This document shows, one piece after another, positions 28,039-41,651 of a stretch of DNA of 64,000 bases. Made by a program: the position numbers and the translations under genes. The notes beneath the pieces are model-generated. The model saw nothing but the letters and a program-made list of their open reading frames with translations, made no database searches and had not been told where the DNA came from. Every line of letters begins with the position of its first letter. Position 1 is the stretch's first letter. Source of the DNA: Octopus sinensis (taxonomy: Eukaryota); assembly GCF_006345805.1 (NCBI RefSeq), contig NC_043005.1, positions 88,102,001 to 88,166,000 on the forward strand, read 5' to 3'.

Positions 28039-29207
28039 GACGGGCTTCATTCAGTTTCTATCTACCAAATCCACACGCAAGAACTTGGTCGACCCGGGGC
28101 TATTGTAGAAAATAATGCCACGCAGTGCAACTGAACACGAAGGCATGAGGTTTGGAAGCAAGCTTCTTAACACACAGCCAGGCCAGCTTCTTCAGAAAAA
28201 TAAAAATAAAAACATCTTTTTAAATTTTTTCGTCAATTCTATATTCTAAAGAAGAGAAACTATGTGGTCGCTCAACATGCTAAAAATAACCGCGAATTAT
28301 CCTTTAGATATCACTCCAGCATCGTGGAAAAGGTGAAGGACTGGATAATTCATTCCTAGATACAAGAAAAGGGTTACCTCCCTTACTTTTAGTGCAATGG
28401 AATACCAGACATGATGCCTTGCCCTTTTGATTGCAGTTGTTTGCATTATTGGTTCAAATCTTTCGAACACCCCGCACCAAAGAAGACCTCTACGCTATTG
28501 TCTTTCATCGAGAGATTTAAGGAGCACGAAATACTTTTTCAACCTCAACTGAATAATACTCCAAATCCTTCAACTCTACCGAGGTATACTTGAGGGCGTT
28601 TGCAATTTATCCCATTAACTGCCAAATTTTTTTTATCCATGTTTTATGGCTTCGCCAGGTGTCTTAGAAGTTAAAATAATACATAGTATCTAAATTTTCT
28701 TTTTATGTGAATTATTTTGGAAATTATGATAAATTTTTCGAACAGTCTCAAATGGGGATCGCTGGAAGAAAGCATATTTATCCTTTTCTATTCAATTGCA
28801 ATAATAAACATTTTAGTTTTCTTTTTAAACTCTAGTTTCAGATGCGAATATGTATGAAATAACAACGAACGATATAGATGGGAAATGCAAAAAAAAAAAA
28901 CGTTTTTAAAACAGTTAATATTTTTGTGGTTCAAAAATTGTAATTTATGACATAAAATATCCTCTAAAATTAGCCAGAGCTAATAACGACAAAATTTAAT
29001 TACTAAATATTGTTAAACACACCTCTGTATATACAATATACATAAGCATTTTCACTTTAAATACAACGAACAACAGGCAGTGAGACTGTTTTTAGCAGAT
29101 CCCCAAAAGGGGCTCATGGTAGGCAATGGTTTAATCATGGCGGAGATAGTTTTTCACAAAGCCATCTTTACAGAATTGACGATAGAAACCATCCTTTCTA
29201 AAATAGG

Positions 29208-29326
29208 CATAAAGCTAGAAATTTTGACATAATTTTGACATAAAGCTAGAAATTTTGACATAATTTTGACATAAAGCTAGAAATGTTGACATAATTTTGA
29301 CATTAAGCTAGAAATTTTGACATAAT
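29208..29326 (+). repeat. 31-bp minisatellite (~3.8 copies) at a SINE end
   Basis: CATAAAGCTAGAAATTTTGACATAATTTTGA repeated. Confidence 0.85.
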
Positions 29327-30059
29327 CAGTCGATTATGTCGGCCTCAGATCGATTGGTACTTATTTCACCGACCTCGAAGGAATGAAAAGTAGTCGACCA
29401 CGGTGGAATTTGAACCCAGAGCATAAAGACGGACGAAATGCCGCTAAGCATTTTGCCCGCCTTGCTAACGATTCTGCCATCATTCCAGCCTAGCAATCAA
29501 AATAATATTATTATTGATATCAGTTTTACTATCAAAAGATGGCGGCGAAATGGTAGAATCGTTTGTAGGCCGGTTAAAATGCATTGCTCTATTTCGTTCG
29601 TCTTTATGTTCTGTGATCAAATTCCGCCGAGGTTCACTTTCTCTTTAAAATTTACGTGCACAATAAAAATTAGTACCAGTTACGCACTGGGGTTCAATTA
29701 ATTAATCAGCTAGCCACCACCCCGAACTTGCTGGCCTTGTGCCAAAATTTGTACCAATTACAAGAGATTACACCTTAGTGGTTAAGGTGCATGACAAATG
29801 ATCATTAAGTCGTAGGTTCAATTCACAATGAGACCAAAAGGTTTAGAGCAGAATCGTTACCGCTCCGGACAAAATGCTTTGCGACATTTCATCCGCCCTT
29901 ACCTTCTGTATTCCAATTCTTCCAGGGTCGACTTTGCCTTTCATCCTTTCAAGATCGATAAAATAAGTACCAGTTGTGCACTGGGGTCGATGTAACCCCC
30001 TGAACTTGCTGAACTTGTACCAAAATTTGAAACGATTATTATTATTATCATTATTATTA

Positions 30060-30123
<64 letters not shown>

Positions 30124-30142
30124 TATTATTATTATTATTATT

Positions 30143-31868
30143 CAGTAGTTTTATATTATAGCGTGCTTTCACTTCACTACCGAGCGCAGCTCTGTGTGCC
30201 TGGGTATGTGCTGTGATTTGTTGTGATGCTTTGATGGTTATTGTATGGAAAGTGTTCTGCGTAGGATGTGTGCGGTGCCTAGTAGTGCAATTTTCTGTAT
30301 GTTATATGTGTTTGTAAGTCCTGGTGTTTTTGTTATGTATTTGTCTGAATATTTTTTTATCATGCCTAATGCACCTACTATGATAGGAATTGTTTCTGTT
30401 TTCAGATTCCACATTCTAGTTACCTCTATTTCCAGGTCTTTGTATTTTGAGAGTTTCTCCATTTCTTTTAGAGACACGTTATCATCTGCCGGTATTGATA
30501 CATCAATTAGAAAGCATTTTTTTCTTCATGATCTCTGACAACTATATCTGGTCTGTTGGCCTTAATTTCTCTATCTGTGTGTATCGGCATATCCCAGAGT
30601 ATGGTTGCTTTCTCGTTTTCTGTGACCTTTTCTGGTGTGTGCCTATACCATCTTTTTTCTGTTGTTATTCCATAATGTTGGCATAGCTTCCAATGTATGT
30701 AGGTTCCAACTCTGTCATGTCTGTGAATATATTCCTTCTTAGCCAGGACTGGGCAGCTAGAGATAATATGATTTATTGTTTCTTGTCCATCTCCACATAT
30801 TCTGCAGTTACTTGTAATATTTCTTTTCATTACATGTTTTTGGTAATTTCTGGTGGGGAGGCTTTGGTCTTGTGCTGAAATTAAAAATCCCTCTGTTTCT
30901 GCTTTGAGTCCTGAGCTTCTCAACCATTGCTGGGATTTTTCTTTGTCTATTTCTTTTGCGTTTAGTTTAGTCCAGTATTTACCATGAAGGGGCTTTTCTT
31001 GCCATCGCTTTATCATGGTTCGTTGCTGTTCTACTTTTAGTTTGGATTTCATTTGTTTTATAGCTTTTGTTGTTTCTTCATCTTCTTCTTCTTCTTCTTC
31101 ATGTTTATTAGGTGGTATGATTTCTTGTTTGTATTTGTCAGCTTCCTTAAATACTGAGAACAGTTTTTTGTTTTGCTCGTGTTTTGCCGCTATCTGGATC
31201 AGTTTTCCTTCCTTCTGAAGTAGATATTTTGCAGTCCTATGGTGGTTATTTTATAGTAGTTTTCCAGCTGTATAAGGCCTCTACCACCTTCTATACGTTG
31301 TATATATAGTCTTTCTATGTCAGATTTTGGGTGATGCATCCTAGATCCTGTCATTATTTTTCTTGTTTTCCTATCTATTTTGGTCAGTTCATTTCGTGTC
31401 CAGTTAAGGATATTGTAGCTGTAACTTATAACTGGGACAGCTGAAGTGTTGATACCTATTATCTTGTTTTTAGCATTGAGCTCTGTTTTTAGTATTGATC
31501 TAACTCGTCTATAATATTCCTTTTTTATTTTCTCTTTCATTTGTGTGTGTTGTGTCTTATCTAGTTCATGGATTCCTAAGTATTTGTAAGTTTGGCTTTG
31601 GTCTAATTCTTTTATTTCATTGGTTTTATCTAGTGTGATGTTGTTACTCTTAACTAGTTTTCCTCTTTTCATGGTTACTTTGGCGCATTTTTCTAATCCA
31701 AATTTCATATCTATTTCTTTGGTAAATCCATGAACTGTCTTTAATAGTGTTTCCAGCTGTTTGTCATTTGCAGCGTATAGTTTTAGGTCATCCATATATA
31801 AAAGGTGGCTGATCGTTTTGCCGTAACATTTATATCCGCATCCAGTTCTATTTAGTATATAAGATAGA

Positions 31869-31869
<1 letters not shown>
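30143..31869 (-). mobile_element. 5'-truncated R4/Dong-type LINE (subfamily A)
   Basis: ORFs 31199-31795 (MDDLKLY, YKYLGI, MHHPKSD), 30507-31052 (CRIC..HIISSC, RHD, RPDIV) and 30238-30477 (KLSKYKDL, IPIIVGALG, QKIALLGTAHILRR). (TTA)n on both flanks. A 3' fragment is repeated at 32037-32256. Confidence 0.92.
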
Positions 31870-31925
<56 letters not shown>

Positions 31926-32252
31926 TTTTGCATAGCTTCTGGCGCTGGAGATGTACTACAGTGTCAGCTGTTCACTACCAGTGAACTAAGGTAGCACCTC
32001 TTATTATTATTATTAATTATTATTATTATTATTATTCAGTAGTTTTATTTTTATAGCGTGCTTTCACTTCACTTCACTACCGAGCGCAGCTCTGTGTGTG
32101 CTTTAGGTATGTGCTGTGATTTGTTGTGATGCTCTGATGGTTATTGTATGGAAAGTGTTCAGCGTAGGATGTGTGCAGTGCCTAGTAGTGCAATTTTCTG
32201 TATGTTATATGTGTTTGTAAGTCCTGGTGTTTTTGTTATGTATTTGTCTGAA

Positions 32253-32312
<60 letters not shown>

Positions 32313-32569
32313 CATTTGACTACATTCAGTTCTCCGAATGAAGCATTTTTTCTTTTTTCTTTCTGTCTGTAGAATTTGAATGTTCTTTCTTGTCTTTATT
32401 TACGCAATGACAATATCCCTTGTGCGACTGGATGAGAAAGTATAGGAATCACTGCAACGCAACGAAATTCTGTCTCCACATGAGTTAACGACTCACTGTC
32501 TGCAGTGACTGAAGAAGCAGTCTCTTTGAATCGTCTTACCATTCGCATTGAGTCAGAAGGAATGATGAC

Positions 32570-32584
32570 AGCAGCAACAACAAC

Positions 32585-32623
<39 letters not shown>

Positions 32624-32644
32624 TGTAGTAGTAGCAGCAGCAGC

Positions 32645-32682
<38 letters not shown>

Positions 32683-32739
32683 CAGTATTAGTAGTAGTAG
32701 TAGTAGTAGTAGTAGTACCAGTAGTAGCAGCAGCGACAA

Positions 32740-32770
<31 letters not shown>

Positions 32771-32782
32771 TAGTAGCAGTAT

Positions 32783-32841
<59 letters not shown>

Positions 32842-32850
32842 ACAGCAGCA
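32570..32850 (+). repeat. (AGT)n/(AGC)n compound microsatellite
   Basis: Seen directly; source of the spurious poly-V/T/L ORFs. Confidence 0.95.
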
Positions 32851-33226
32851 ACTACAGATCCGCTAGTTATTTATTGAACGTGTTTTGCTGATAAAATTAT
32901 TCTTATCCTACTTACTCAGCGTCGTTAAATTCCAAGAAGCCTCCTCCTCATCCTCCTTCTTCATCGTTTCTCTTGCTTTTGCTCATCTCCCTCCAGTGCA
33001 ATGTTCAGAAGTAACATCAAAGATAAAGACTCTAAAATGGCGGATTATTTGACAAGCGTTCATAAAATTCATACTGATGATCCATTAACATCTCTACACC
33101 TCTCCGAGACCACTTTCAGCGTTTACTTCTGCCCGTATTAATCGTATTGTGCTTGATCGTAAATATAGTAATCCTATGTTTGTTCATATCCGCCATGTTA
33201 CGTATATATACCGATTACTATTTTAC

Positions 33227-33268
<42 letters not shown>

Positions 33269-33697
33269 GTGTATTTTTGTTAATGTATTACGTATTTGTC
33301 GCAGTAAAGATCGTTATTAATATCGAGTCCGCACAAAAGTGAGATTATTTCTCTCTTTGCAAATCTACACCAGAATATTACATTATCCTGCGCATCAAAT
33401 ATCCAATGTGTACAATTCGTATTAGTGTTTGCATACAATTGTCAATCTCGATGTCGATTTTTAACTCTCTAAATTCCCTTTGAGGCTCGTTTGGACGGCC
33501 AAAGAAATTACATTTGATTACTGATACGCGCATGTGCATGTATATCCGTTCGTGCGTAATTGTATTCGTGTTTGCGTGCTTGAGTATTCGAGATTGTGAC
33601 TGGTGTGTCTATATGTATTTGTCTATACTTGTGCACATTACTAAAATAACATTGTTTACGAAGAGGACGGTGTGTTTCTCCAAAATCAACTCATATA

Positions 33698-34009
33698 CAG
33701 TGGAACGTCGGTTTACGAATACCTCTCATTACGAACTAATCGGTTTACGAACATTTTTTTCAACATTAAGCTCTTCAATGACGAAGGGTGTCTTAAGTAA
33801 CGAACACGCAAGCCGGTAACAACGTTGACGAAAAACTGGGAATATCAGCAGAAGAGCGACAGTTATTGTCGCACTTTTGCTCAGTTTACATACCTGATCG
33901 AATTCGCTGTGCCTTCTCTCGAATTTCCAATGGATAAAATAGTCTCGATTTACGAACATTTTGGGTGACCAACAGGGACAAATTAGATACGTAAACCGCG
34001 GTTCCACAG
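33698..34009. mobile_element. Tigger/pogo-type MITE
   Basis: TIRs CAGTGGAACGTCGGTTTACGAAT / ATACGTAAACCGCGGTTCCACAG, TA at the left junction, and internal TTACGAA subterminal repeats. Confidence 0.8.
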
Positions 34010-34115
34010 AACTTTTATACAATACAAATGCTTTCGTTTGATCTCATCTTACATGCACGATGATGAGGGAGGCTGGGTTTTAATTTTAAAAAACGGTGGG
34101 AACTTAGTTGCCAAC

Positions 34116-34176
<61 letters not shown>

Positions 34177-34977
34177 AACAAATGAATAATAATAGATGAG
34201 TATACAGGTACTAATCACTTACGGCAGTTTCTACCATGAGGCAACAAAAACTTCCAAGTTAACTTCATCACGTCTGTGATATACGGGGATAGATGATGAT
34301 GATAATGATGATGATAAGTCTAGATAATATTTTGAAGAGTAACTTTCATTATTCCTCATCAAAACAGACCCCCGCTTACAGAAACCACTTGGTCTTGCCA
34401 TTTTTACAGACCAAGAATCAACTTGTCATTTCTATTGAAAGAACTGACCAACTGTATAGATATAAACACATTTTGTTCTTTCTTTCTTCCTTTCTTTATT
34501 TCCTTCTCTTTTCTATTGTCATTAAGAAAAAACAGTTTTTTACTTTGAAAACATTATCCTTTCAGACCCCCTGGTGAGTTGGCTGAACCTAGAAAGCATC
34601 TGTTCCAACCATCTACTAAAAATATTCTTTTTCTTTATCTCCTGTACAAAACACTACCTTTCACATACACACACACACATACACACACTCTCTCTCTCTC
34701 TCTCTCTCTCACTTTCTCCCACCAGTATCTCCCCATTCCTCTTCCACTTTTCCTACCCTATGCACTCCACATTACTCTTCTTTCCCCCTCTCCCTCCACC
34801 CCTACCCATTCCCTAATACTATTAACAGAGACAAATCGCTTCACACAATTTAAATCTGAAGAGTCTATTAGAGTAGAAGAAAATATGTCATTTGTAAAAA
34901 CATATGACATGTTAATAAATATTTGTATGTGTACAACCATCCAGATCTCTGAATACCTTTTTTTTTCTAACATATAT

Positions 34978-35056
<79 letters not shown>

Positions 35057-35361
35057 CCCTCTGAAGACTCCTAGGGGCACATCCATTATTAAAACCCTGT
35101 CCAATATCTGTTCATCCCCGTATATCACAGACGTGATGAAGATATCTTGGAAGTTTTTGTTGCCTCATAGTAGAAACAGCCGTAAGTACCTATACACTCA
35201 TCTATTATTTTGCCAGCTATGAAACATACGGACCTGAATTTTATCTACTTCATTCCTTCATTTTGAATTTTTATTCGCATAAACAGCAACCGCAGCTGCA
35301 AGCCGTAAGCTATAAAATAACTTTTTTCAGTTTATCGAACTTCGACATGGGAAAAAATTAT

Positions 35362-35757
35362 AGGCGTAGGAGTGGTTGTGTGGTAAGAAGCTTGTTTTCG
35401 AACCACACGGTTCCGGGTTCAGTCCCACTGCATGGCACCTTGGGCAAGTGTCTTCTACTATAGCATCGGTCCAACCAAAGTCTTCTGAGTGGATTTGGTA
35501 GACGGAAATTGAAAGAAGCCCGTCGTATATATATATATGTGTGTGTGTTTGTTATTTGTGTCTGTGTTTCTCCCCCCGCCATTGCTTGACAATCGATGTT
35601 AATGTGGTTACGTCCCCGTCACCTAGCGGTTCAGCAAAAGAGAACGATAGAATAAGTACTAGACTTACAAAGAATAAGTCCTGGGGTCGATTTGTTCGAC
35701 TAAAGGTGGTGCTCCAGCATGGCTGTAGTTAAATGACTGAAACAAATAAAAGGGAAA
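35362..35757 (+). mobile_element. tRNA-derived SINE family 2 (GGCGTAGGAGTGG..GTGGTAAG head; CACCTTGGGCAAGT core; internal TA/TG repeat)
   Basis: Full-length copy with box A TGTGTGGTAAG, box B GGTTCAGTCCC and tail GACTGAAACAAATAAAAG. Confidence 0.85.
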
Positions 35758-37015
35758 AAAAAGAAAACGAAACCTCCTACGTGAATAAACAACTGAAAGC
35801 TGTTCTTTTATACCTTCTACAGACTGCTGGAAACTTACTAGCTTCCTACACTTTGATCCTTGGATCTTACCTTGACACATGTGTGTGTGTACATATACAC
35901 ACTTACATACATACACACATACTTATATACACACATACATACATACACACATACATACATTCACACATACATACTTACACACATACATACATACACACAT
36001 ACACACACACATACATACACACATAATACATATACACATACATACACACATAATACATATACACATACATACACACATACATGCAAACATACACAGATAC
36101 ATACATACACACATAATACATACATACATACATACATACATACATACATACATACAAACATACACAGATACATAATACATATACATATACACACAAACAT
36201 ACATACTAACATACATACACACATATGCACATGCATGCTCACATACATACATACACACATACGTATATTAGCACATTTTGACACCAAAAATAAAAGAAAT
36301 GGATGAAATGGAATTTTTTTTTAAATATTACCCAATCAGAAAATATAAACAAAAAAAATAATTTCCCAAATGATGAGACATACTTTCGCAAAGGAAATCC
36401 GAGACATTTCATGGAAACTCTGAACAGAATTTAAATACATTCCTTCATCGATATTCTTTAAATCCTGAAGAATTTTGGATCTTCTGCTGGATTTCCGGTT
36501 ACCAGCATCACAACTCCAACGCATTCTTTTGTAGCATACGACATTTTGATTTGTGTTTATCCCTGTAAAACACACAAAAGAAAAACGATAAAACAAAATT
36601 GTTTCTTAAAACAAGCGTTTCATCAAATGTCTTTGATTTTTCGATAGGAAATGTTCTTTTCATCTCTTTATGGTTTTTCTCTGTTTTTGGTCTTCGAGTA
36701 TCGTAGTTCTTTTGTTTTGTTATTTCTTTCTTTACTTTTCTTCTCATCCGTGAGTTCCATTACGGTTGTTCTTTTTTTATGACAATATCTCTGGGACCTG
36801 TTCAAAGAGAGCCCAAGCTATATTTTTAATTTCGGTTCTTCTCTGTGTGTGTGTGTGCGTGCGTGCGTGGTGTGTGTGTGTGTGTGTATGTATGTGTGTG
36901 TGTGTGTGTCTGTGTGTGTCTGTACATACACAGGATTTTAAAAAGAGTTACTAATAGTTTCGTGCCGTAAAGACAAAATAATTTAGCAGGTTTATATAAC
37001 ATGCCATATAACAAA

Positions 37016-37240
37016 GGCGGCGAGCTGGCAGAAACGTTAGCACATCGGGCGAAATGCTTAGTGGAATTTCGTCTGCCGCTACGTTCTGAGTTCAAATTCC
37101 ACCGAGGTCGACTTTACCTTTCGGGGTCGATTAAATAAGTACCAGTTACGCACTGGGGTCGATATAATCGACTTAATCCGTTTGTCTGTCCTTGTTTGTC
37201 CTTTCTGTGTTTAACCCCTTGTGGGTAGTAAAGAAAAAGG
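37016..37240 (+). mobile_element. SINE family 1 copy
   Basis: Near-consensus head and tail. Further copies at ~13318-13485(-), ~14010-14262(-), ~29200-29462(-), ~29540-30030(+), ~60475-60650(+) and ~63170-63330(+). Confidence 0.85.
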
Positions 37241-38280
37241 TTAATATAACATGCCATGTGTCTGCAGCCAATCTTCATGCTCGAGGTCTTCGAAAACCAC
37301 GGAAGAATAAGAAGAAAAAAAAAACGGAAAGGAAAACGAGAAAATTGATGCAAAGTGAAAGGAGAGAAAAGAAATGTAAGAGGACGAAAGTGCAGGCATA
37401 GCTGTGTGGTAAGAAGTTTGCTTATCAACCACATGGTTCCGGGTTCAGTCCCACCATAGCCAGGTGACTTTTACCAACCAGAGCTCTGTCATTGGATTTC
37501 GTAGGCGGAAAAACTTTCAATCAGCTCAAATATATCATTTCGGGCGTATTTGGATCTCTAAAATTTCAATTTCGCTGCAGTCCGCCATGGAATGCTTAAC
37601 CACATCGGTTTGACTGGTTTTCTGTCTGACATTTGGTTTTCTGTTGTCTATTGCTAATGATCCGGAATACAGAAAAATAGCGCGAGACAACAATGCCATT
37701 TGTTGGTGCAAATGGTATATCGTCAATCGATATTAACTGCGCTGTTTAGCATTTGTAGCGTACATGAAATTTCTTGAGACGCTTACCGCAGTCTAAGGCC
37801 TATATGCAACACATCCAAGTTAGGTAGGATGTGCTAATTAACATTTGTCACAAAGTCTGTTGCTGTCGCTAATAGCCTTTATTTTTACCTTTTACCTGTT
37901 TTGGTCATTATACTATGGCCATGCTGGGGCACCGACTTGAATAATTTTAGCTTAGCATGTACCTTCTGAAGCCCGGTACTTATGTTGTCGGCCTCTTTTG
38001 CCAAACTGTTAAGTTACGGGGACGTCAACACACCAACACTGTCAAGGGGTAGTGAGGGACAAACACACACACACACGTAAATGTATAGATAGGACGGACT
38101 TCTTTCCGTTTCCATCTGTGAAATCCACTCAGAAAAATTTGTAGAAGACAGTGAGACGGAACTCGGGACCATGTGGATGAGGAACAAATTTCTTACCATA
38201 CATACACGCCTGCACCTATATATATACATACACACATATATATATACATATACATATATATATATATATGTGTGTTTATA

Positions 38281-38325
<45 letters not shown>

Positions 38326-38449
38326 ACATAGAAGTAAATATTACTATTTAGATATATATATATATATGTAGTAATATGCATATAGAATATATATATAATA
38401 TATATATATATCCTTGTCTCTCCTTGTTTTTTCGTGAACTGTCCCTATT

Positions 38450-38544
<95 letters not shown>

Positions 38545-38602
38545 CACACATATAGCAGTATATAAGACGACACAAGAATTTCTCGTGAGACTTTCTATTG
38601 AT

Positions 38603-38643
38603 GGACCCGAAGAGACCCAGAACGGGTCGAAACGTGTTGTACC
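38603..38643 (+). ncRNA. Minimal hammerhead motif (U4C variant)
   Basis: GGAC-CCGAAGA-GACCC(agaac)GGGTC-GAAA-CGTG-TT-GTAC, followed by AATAAA. Confidence 0.55.
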
Positions 38644-38969
38644 CAATAAAGTCTATTACACATTCGATCTCCTATTTTATTAATACTGTTACCCCAACCG
38701 CCACTACGAAGTCCCTGTAGTAAATCTACGGATAACAACAGGTAATCGAAACTGTACTGGAGATTTACTCATCATCCATTTATAGATTTTGTACAATTTC
38801 TCCATTATATATATATGAATATACACACACACACACACACACACATACACAGACACACACACACATATATACATGCAGATACTTATGCATATATGTACAT
38901 ACATATATGTATGTGTGTGCATATATTATATTTATCTATTTATTTTTATATATGTGTGTATGTGTGTGC

Positions 38970-39069
38970 NNNNNNNNNNNNNNNNNNNNNNNNNNNNNNN
39001 NNNNNNNNNNNNNNNNNNNNNNNNNNNNNNNNNNNNNNNNNNNNNNNNNNNNNNNNNNNNNNNNNNNNN
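38970..39069. other. Scaffold gap (100 N)
   Basis: Run of exactly 100 N, probably a gap of unknown size. Confidence 0.99.
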
Positions 39070-40464
39070 TGCGACGATTTGAAAATTTTAGGTCAGATAT
39101 TGCCTTGGCAGGGTCGGAAATGCCTCGTGAAAATATCTGTTCCGACTTGGCTATTTCTTGCTGAAGAATCTGAGGGCCTATGGAAGATTGGCTTGATTTA
39201 ATTTAATCAGGTTAGTTTACCATTAAACAGCAGACGAAACGGTGCATCGTACAAGAAATTACAGGGTAAATGTTTTTTAAATTTTCTCCTGTTTACGGAA
39301 TTGATCTTTATTTGCGGTTGAAGCTTTGGCTGTTATTTCTAGTGGGTGAATGGCCTATTATGGCCGTTCCTTGATTGTTGATGTTGAACTTAAAAATGGT
39401 CTATGACTATTTAATTTTTTCCCACTAGGCCGCTGGTGGCAAAAAGAATTCTACAAATTTTTTTCACCACCCTATATTGATTAATTATGAATTTTCTGGT
39501 TAATTCCGTAATGGAATCGACGGCTTATATTTATTTGCTGCCGATAAATTTGGCGCGAGTGCGACGATTTGAAAATTTTAGGTCAGATATTGCCTGGCAG
39601 GGTCGGAAATGCCTCGTGAAAATATCTGTTCCGACTTGGCTATTTCTTGCTGAAGAATCTGAGGGCCTATGGAAGATTGGCTTGATTTAATTTAATCAGG
39701 TTAGTTTACCATTAAACAGCAGACGAAACGGTGCATCGTACAAGAAATTACAGGGTAAATGTTTTTTTAAATTTTCTCCTGTTTACGGAATTGATCTTTA
39801 TTTGCGGTTGAAGCTTTGGCTGTTATTTCTAGTGGGTGAATGGCCTATTATGGCCGTTCCTTGATTGTTGATGTTGAACTTAAAAATGGTCTATGACTAT
39901 TTAATTTTTTCCCACTAGGCCGCTGGTGGCAAAAAGAATTCTACAAAATTTTTTTCACCACCCTATATTGATTAATTATGAATTTTCTGGTTAATTCCGT
40001 AATGGAATCGACGGCTTATATTTATTTGCTGCCGATAAATTTGGCGCGAGTGCGACGATTTGAAAATTTTAGGTCAGATATTGCCTTGGCAGGGTCGGAA
40101 ATGCCTCGTGAAAATATCTGTTCCGACTTGGCTATTTTCTTGCTGAAGAATCTGAGGGCCTATGGAAGATTGGCTTGATTTAATTTAATCAGGTTAGTTT
40201 ACCATTAAACAGCAGACGAAACGGTGCATCGTACAAGAAATTACAGGGTAAATGTTTTTTTAAATTTTCTCCTGTTTACGGAATTGATCTTTATTTGCGG
40301 TTGAAGCTTTGGCTGTTATTTCTAGTGGTGAATGGCCTATTATGCCGTTCCTTGATTGTTGATGTTGAACTTAAAAATGGTCCTATGACTATTTAATTTT
40401 TTCCCACTAGGCCGCTGGTGGCAAAAAGAATTCTACCAAATTTTTTTTCACCACCCTATATTGA

Positions 40465-40470
<6 letters not shown>
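39070..40470 (+). repeat. ~491-bp tandem repeat, ~2.85 copies, abutting the assembly gap
   Basis: Units start at 39070, 39560 and 40051 (TGCGACGATTTGAAAATTTTAGG) and are nearly identical. Confidence 0.95.
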
Positions 40471-40502
<32 letters not shown>

Positions 40503-40905
40503 TCTTTTACTATTTACTTGTTTCAGTCATTTGACTGCGGCCATGCTGGAGCACCGCCTTTACTCGAGCAACTCGACCCCGGGACTTATTCTTTTGTAAG
40601 CCCAGTACTTATTCTATCGGTTTCTTTTGCCGAACCGCTAAGTTTCGGGGACATAAACACTCCAGCATCGGTTGTCATGCAATGCTAGGAGGACAAACAC
40701 AGACACACAAACACACACACGCATATATATACATATATACGACGGGCTTCTTTCAGTTTCGGTCTACCAAATCCACTCACAAGGCTTTGGTCGACCCGAG
40801 GCTATAGTAGAAGACACTTGTCCAAGGTGCCACGCAGTGGGACTGAACCCGGGACCACGTGGTTGGTAAACAAGCTACTTACCACACAGCCACTCCTGCG
40901 CCTAT
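40503..40905 (-). mobile_element. SINE family 2 full-length copy
   Basis: Reverse complement of the 35362 copy. Other copies at ~27270-27655, ~37880-38215, ~47290-47685 and ~53450-53860 (all -). Partial + copies at ~17430, ~20311, ~21871, ~25590, ~37395 and ~52960. Confidence 0.85.
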
Positions 40906-41374
40906 ATAGCTACTTACCACACAGTCACTCCTGCGCCTATATATATATATATGCATTTGTATAAACTTATGTTTTGCCTATATATATCTGCATATATATG
41001 TAGCCATGTGCCTACGTCTGTATGTTTAGTTTATAGATTGTTTGGTATGTGTATGTATTGCTAAATGTACGTGTAATTTAGTGTGAAAAATTTTTTAAAC
41101 GGGTATATATTTTAATTCATTAATTTATCATTATTTTTACAGCTAATTATTTACCCTGGGTATTTACGCCTTTTTCCTTCATAAGCTATTTTTGATTTAA
41201 GGTTTTCTTCGATTCTTATTATAATATAAGTTTCAAATGCAATATGTTATTTCGTGCAACCGGTTATTGAAAAGACCTTTAGTCGAAAAGACCAATAAAA
41301 CAAAACCATTTTCAAATGTGTATCTGGCAAAGTAATCGTCCTTTTGCATATAACTTAATCTTGCTCCATTTTAA

Positions 41375-41424
41375 ACAAAACTGTCCGACGAACGCTAACG
41401 TGAAACTCTGAGTAACGGTTTTGT
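41375..41424 (+). ncRNA. Type-I hammerhead ribozyme motif (U4C variant)
   Basis: ACAAAACTGT-CCGACGA-ACG(ctaa)CGT-GAAA-CTC(t)GAG-TA-ACGGTTTTGT: 10-bp stem I, GUA triplet, AATAAA downstream. Confidence 0.65.
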
Positions 41425-41536
41425 GATATTTTTACTGTTTTTAATAAAGCAAAGCAACAGTAAGAGAGGGAAAACACGAACTGGTAATCGAGTACTATTT
41501 TTTCCACCTTGACTCGCATTTCTGTGATTACTCTGG

Positions 41537-41651
<115 letters not shown>

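Noticed and set aside
32396-32891. Poly-Leu/Thr/Val ORFs resembling a signal peptide plus mucin
   Set aside because: They derive from the (AGT)n microsatellite and are open in several frames on both strands.
39070-40470. Possible CRISPR array or 5S/snRNA gene cluster
   Set aside because: Eukaryotic context, identical 491-bp units without unique spacers, and no recognisable 5S, U1, U2 or U6 signature.
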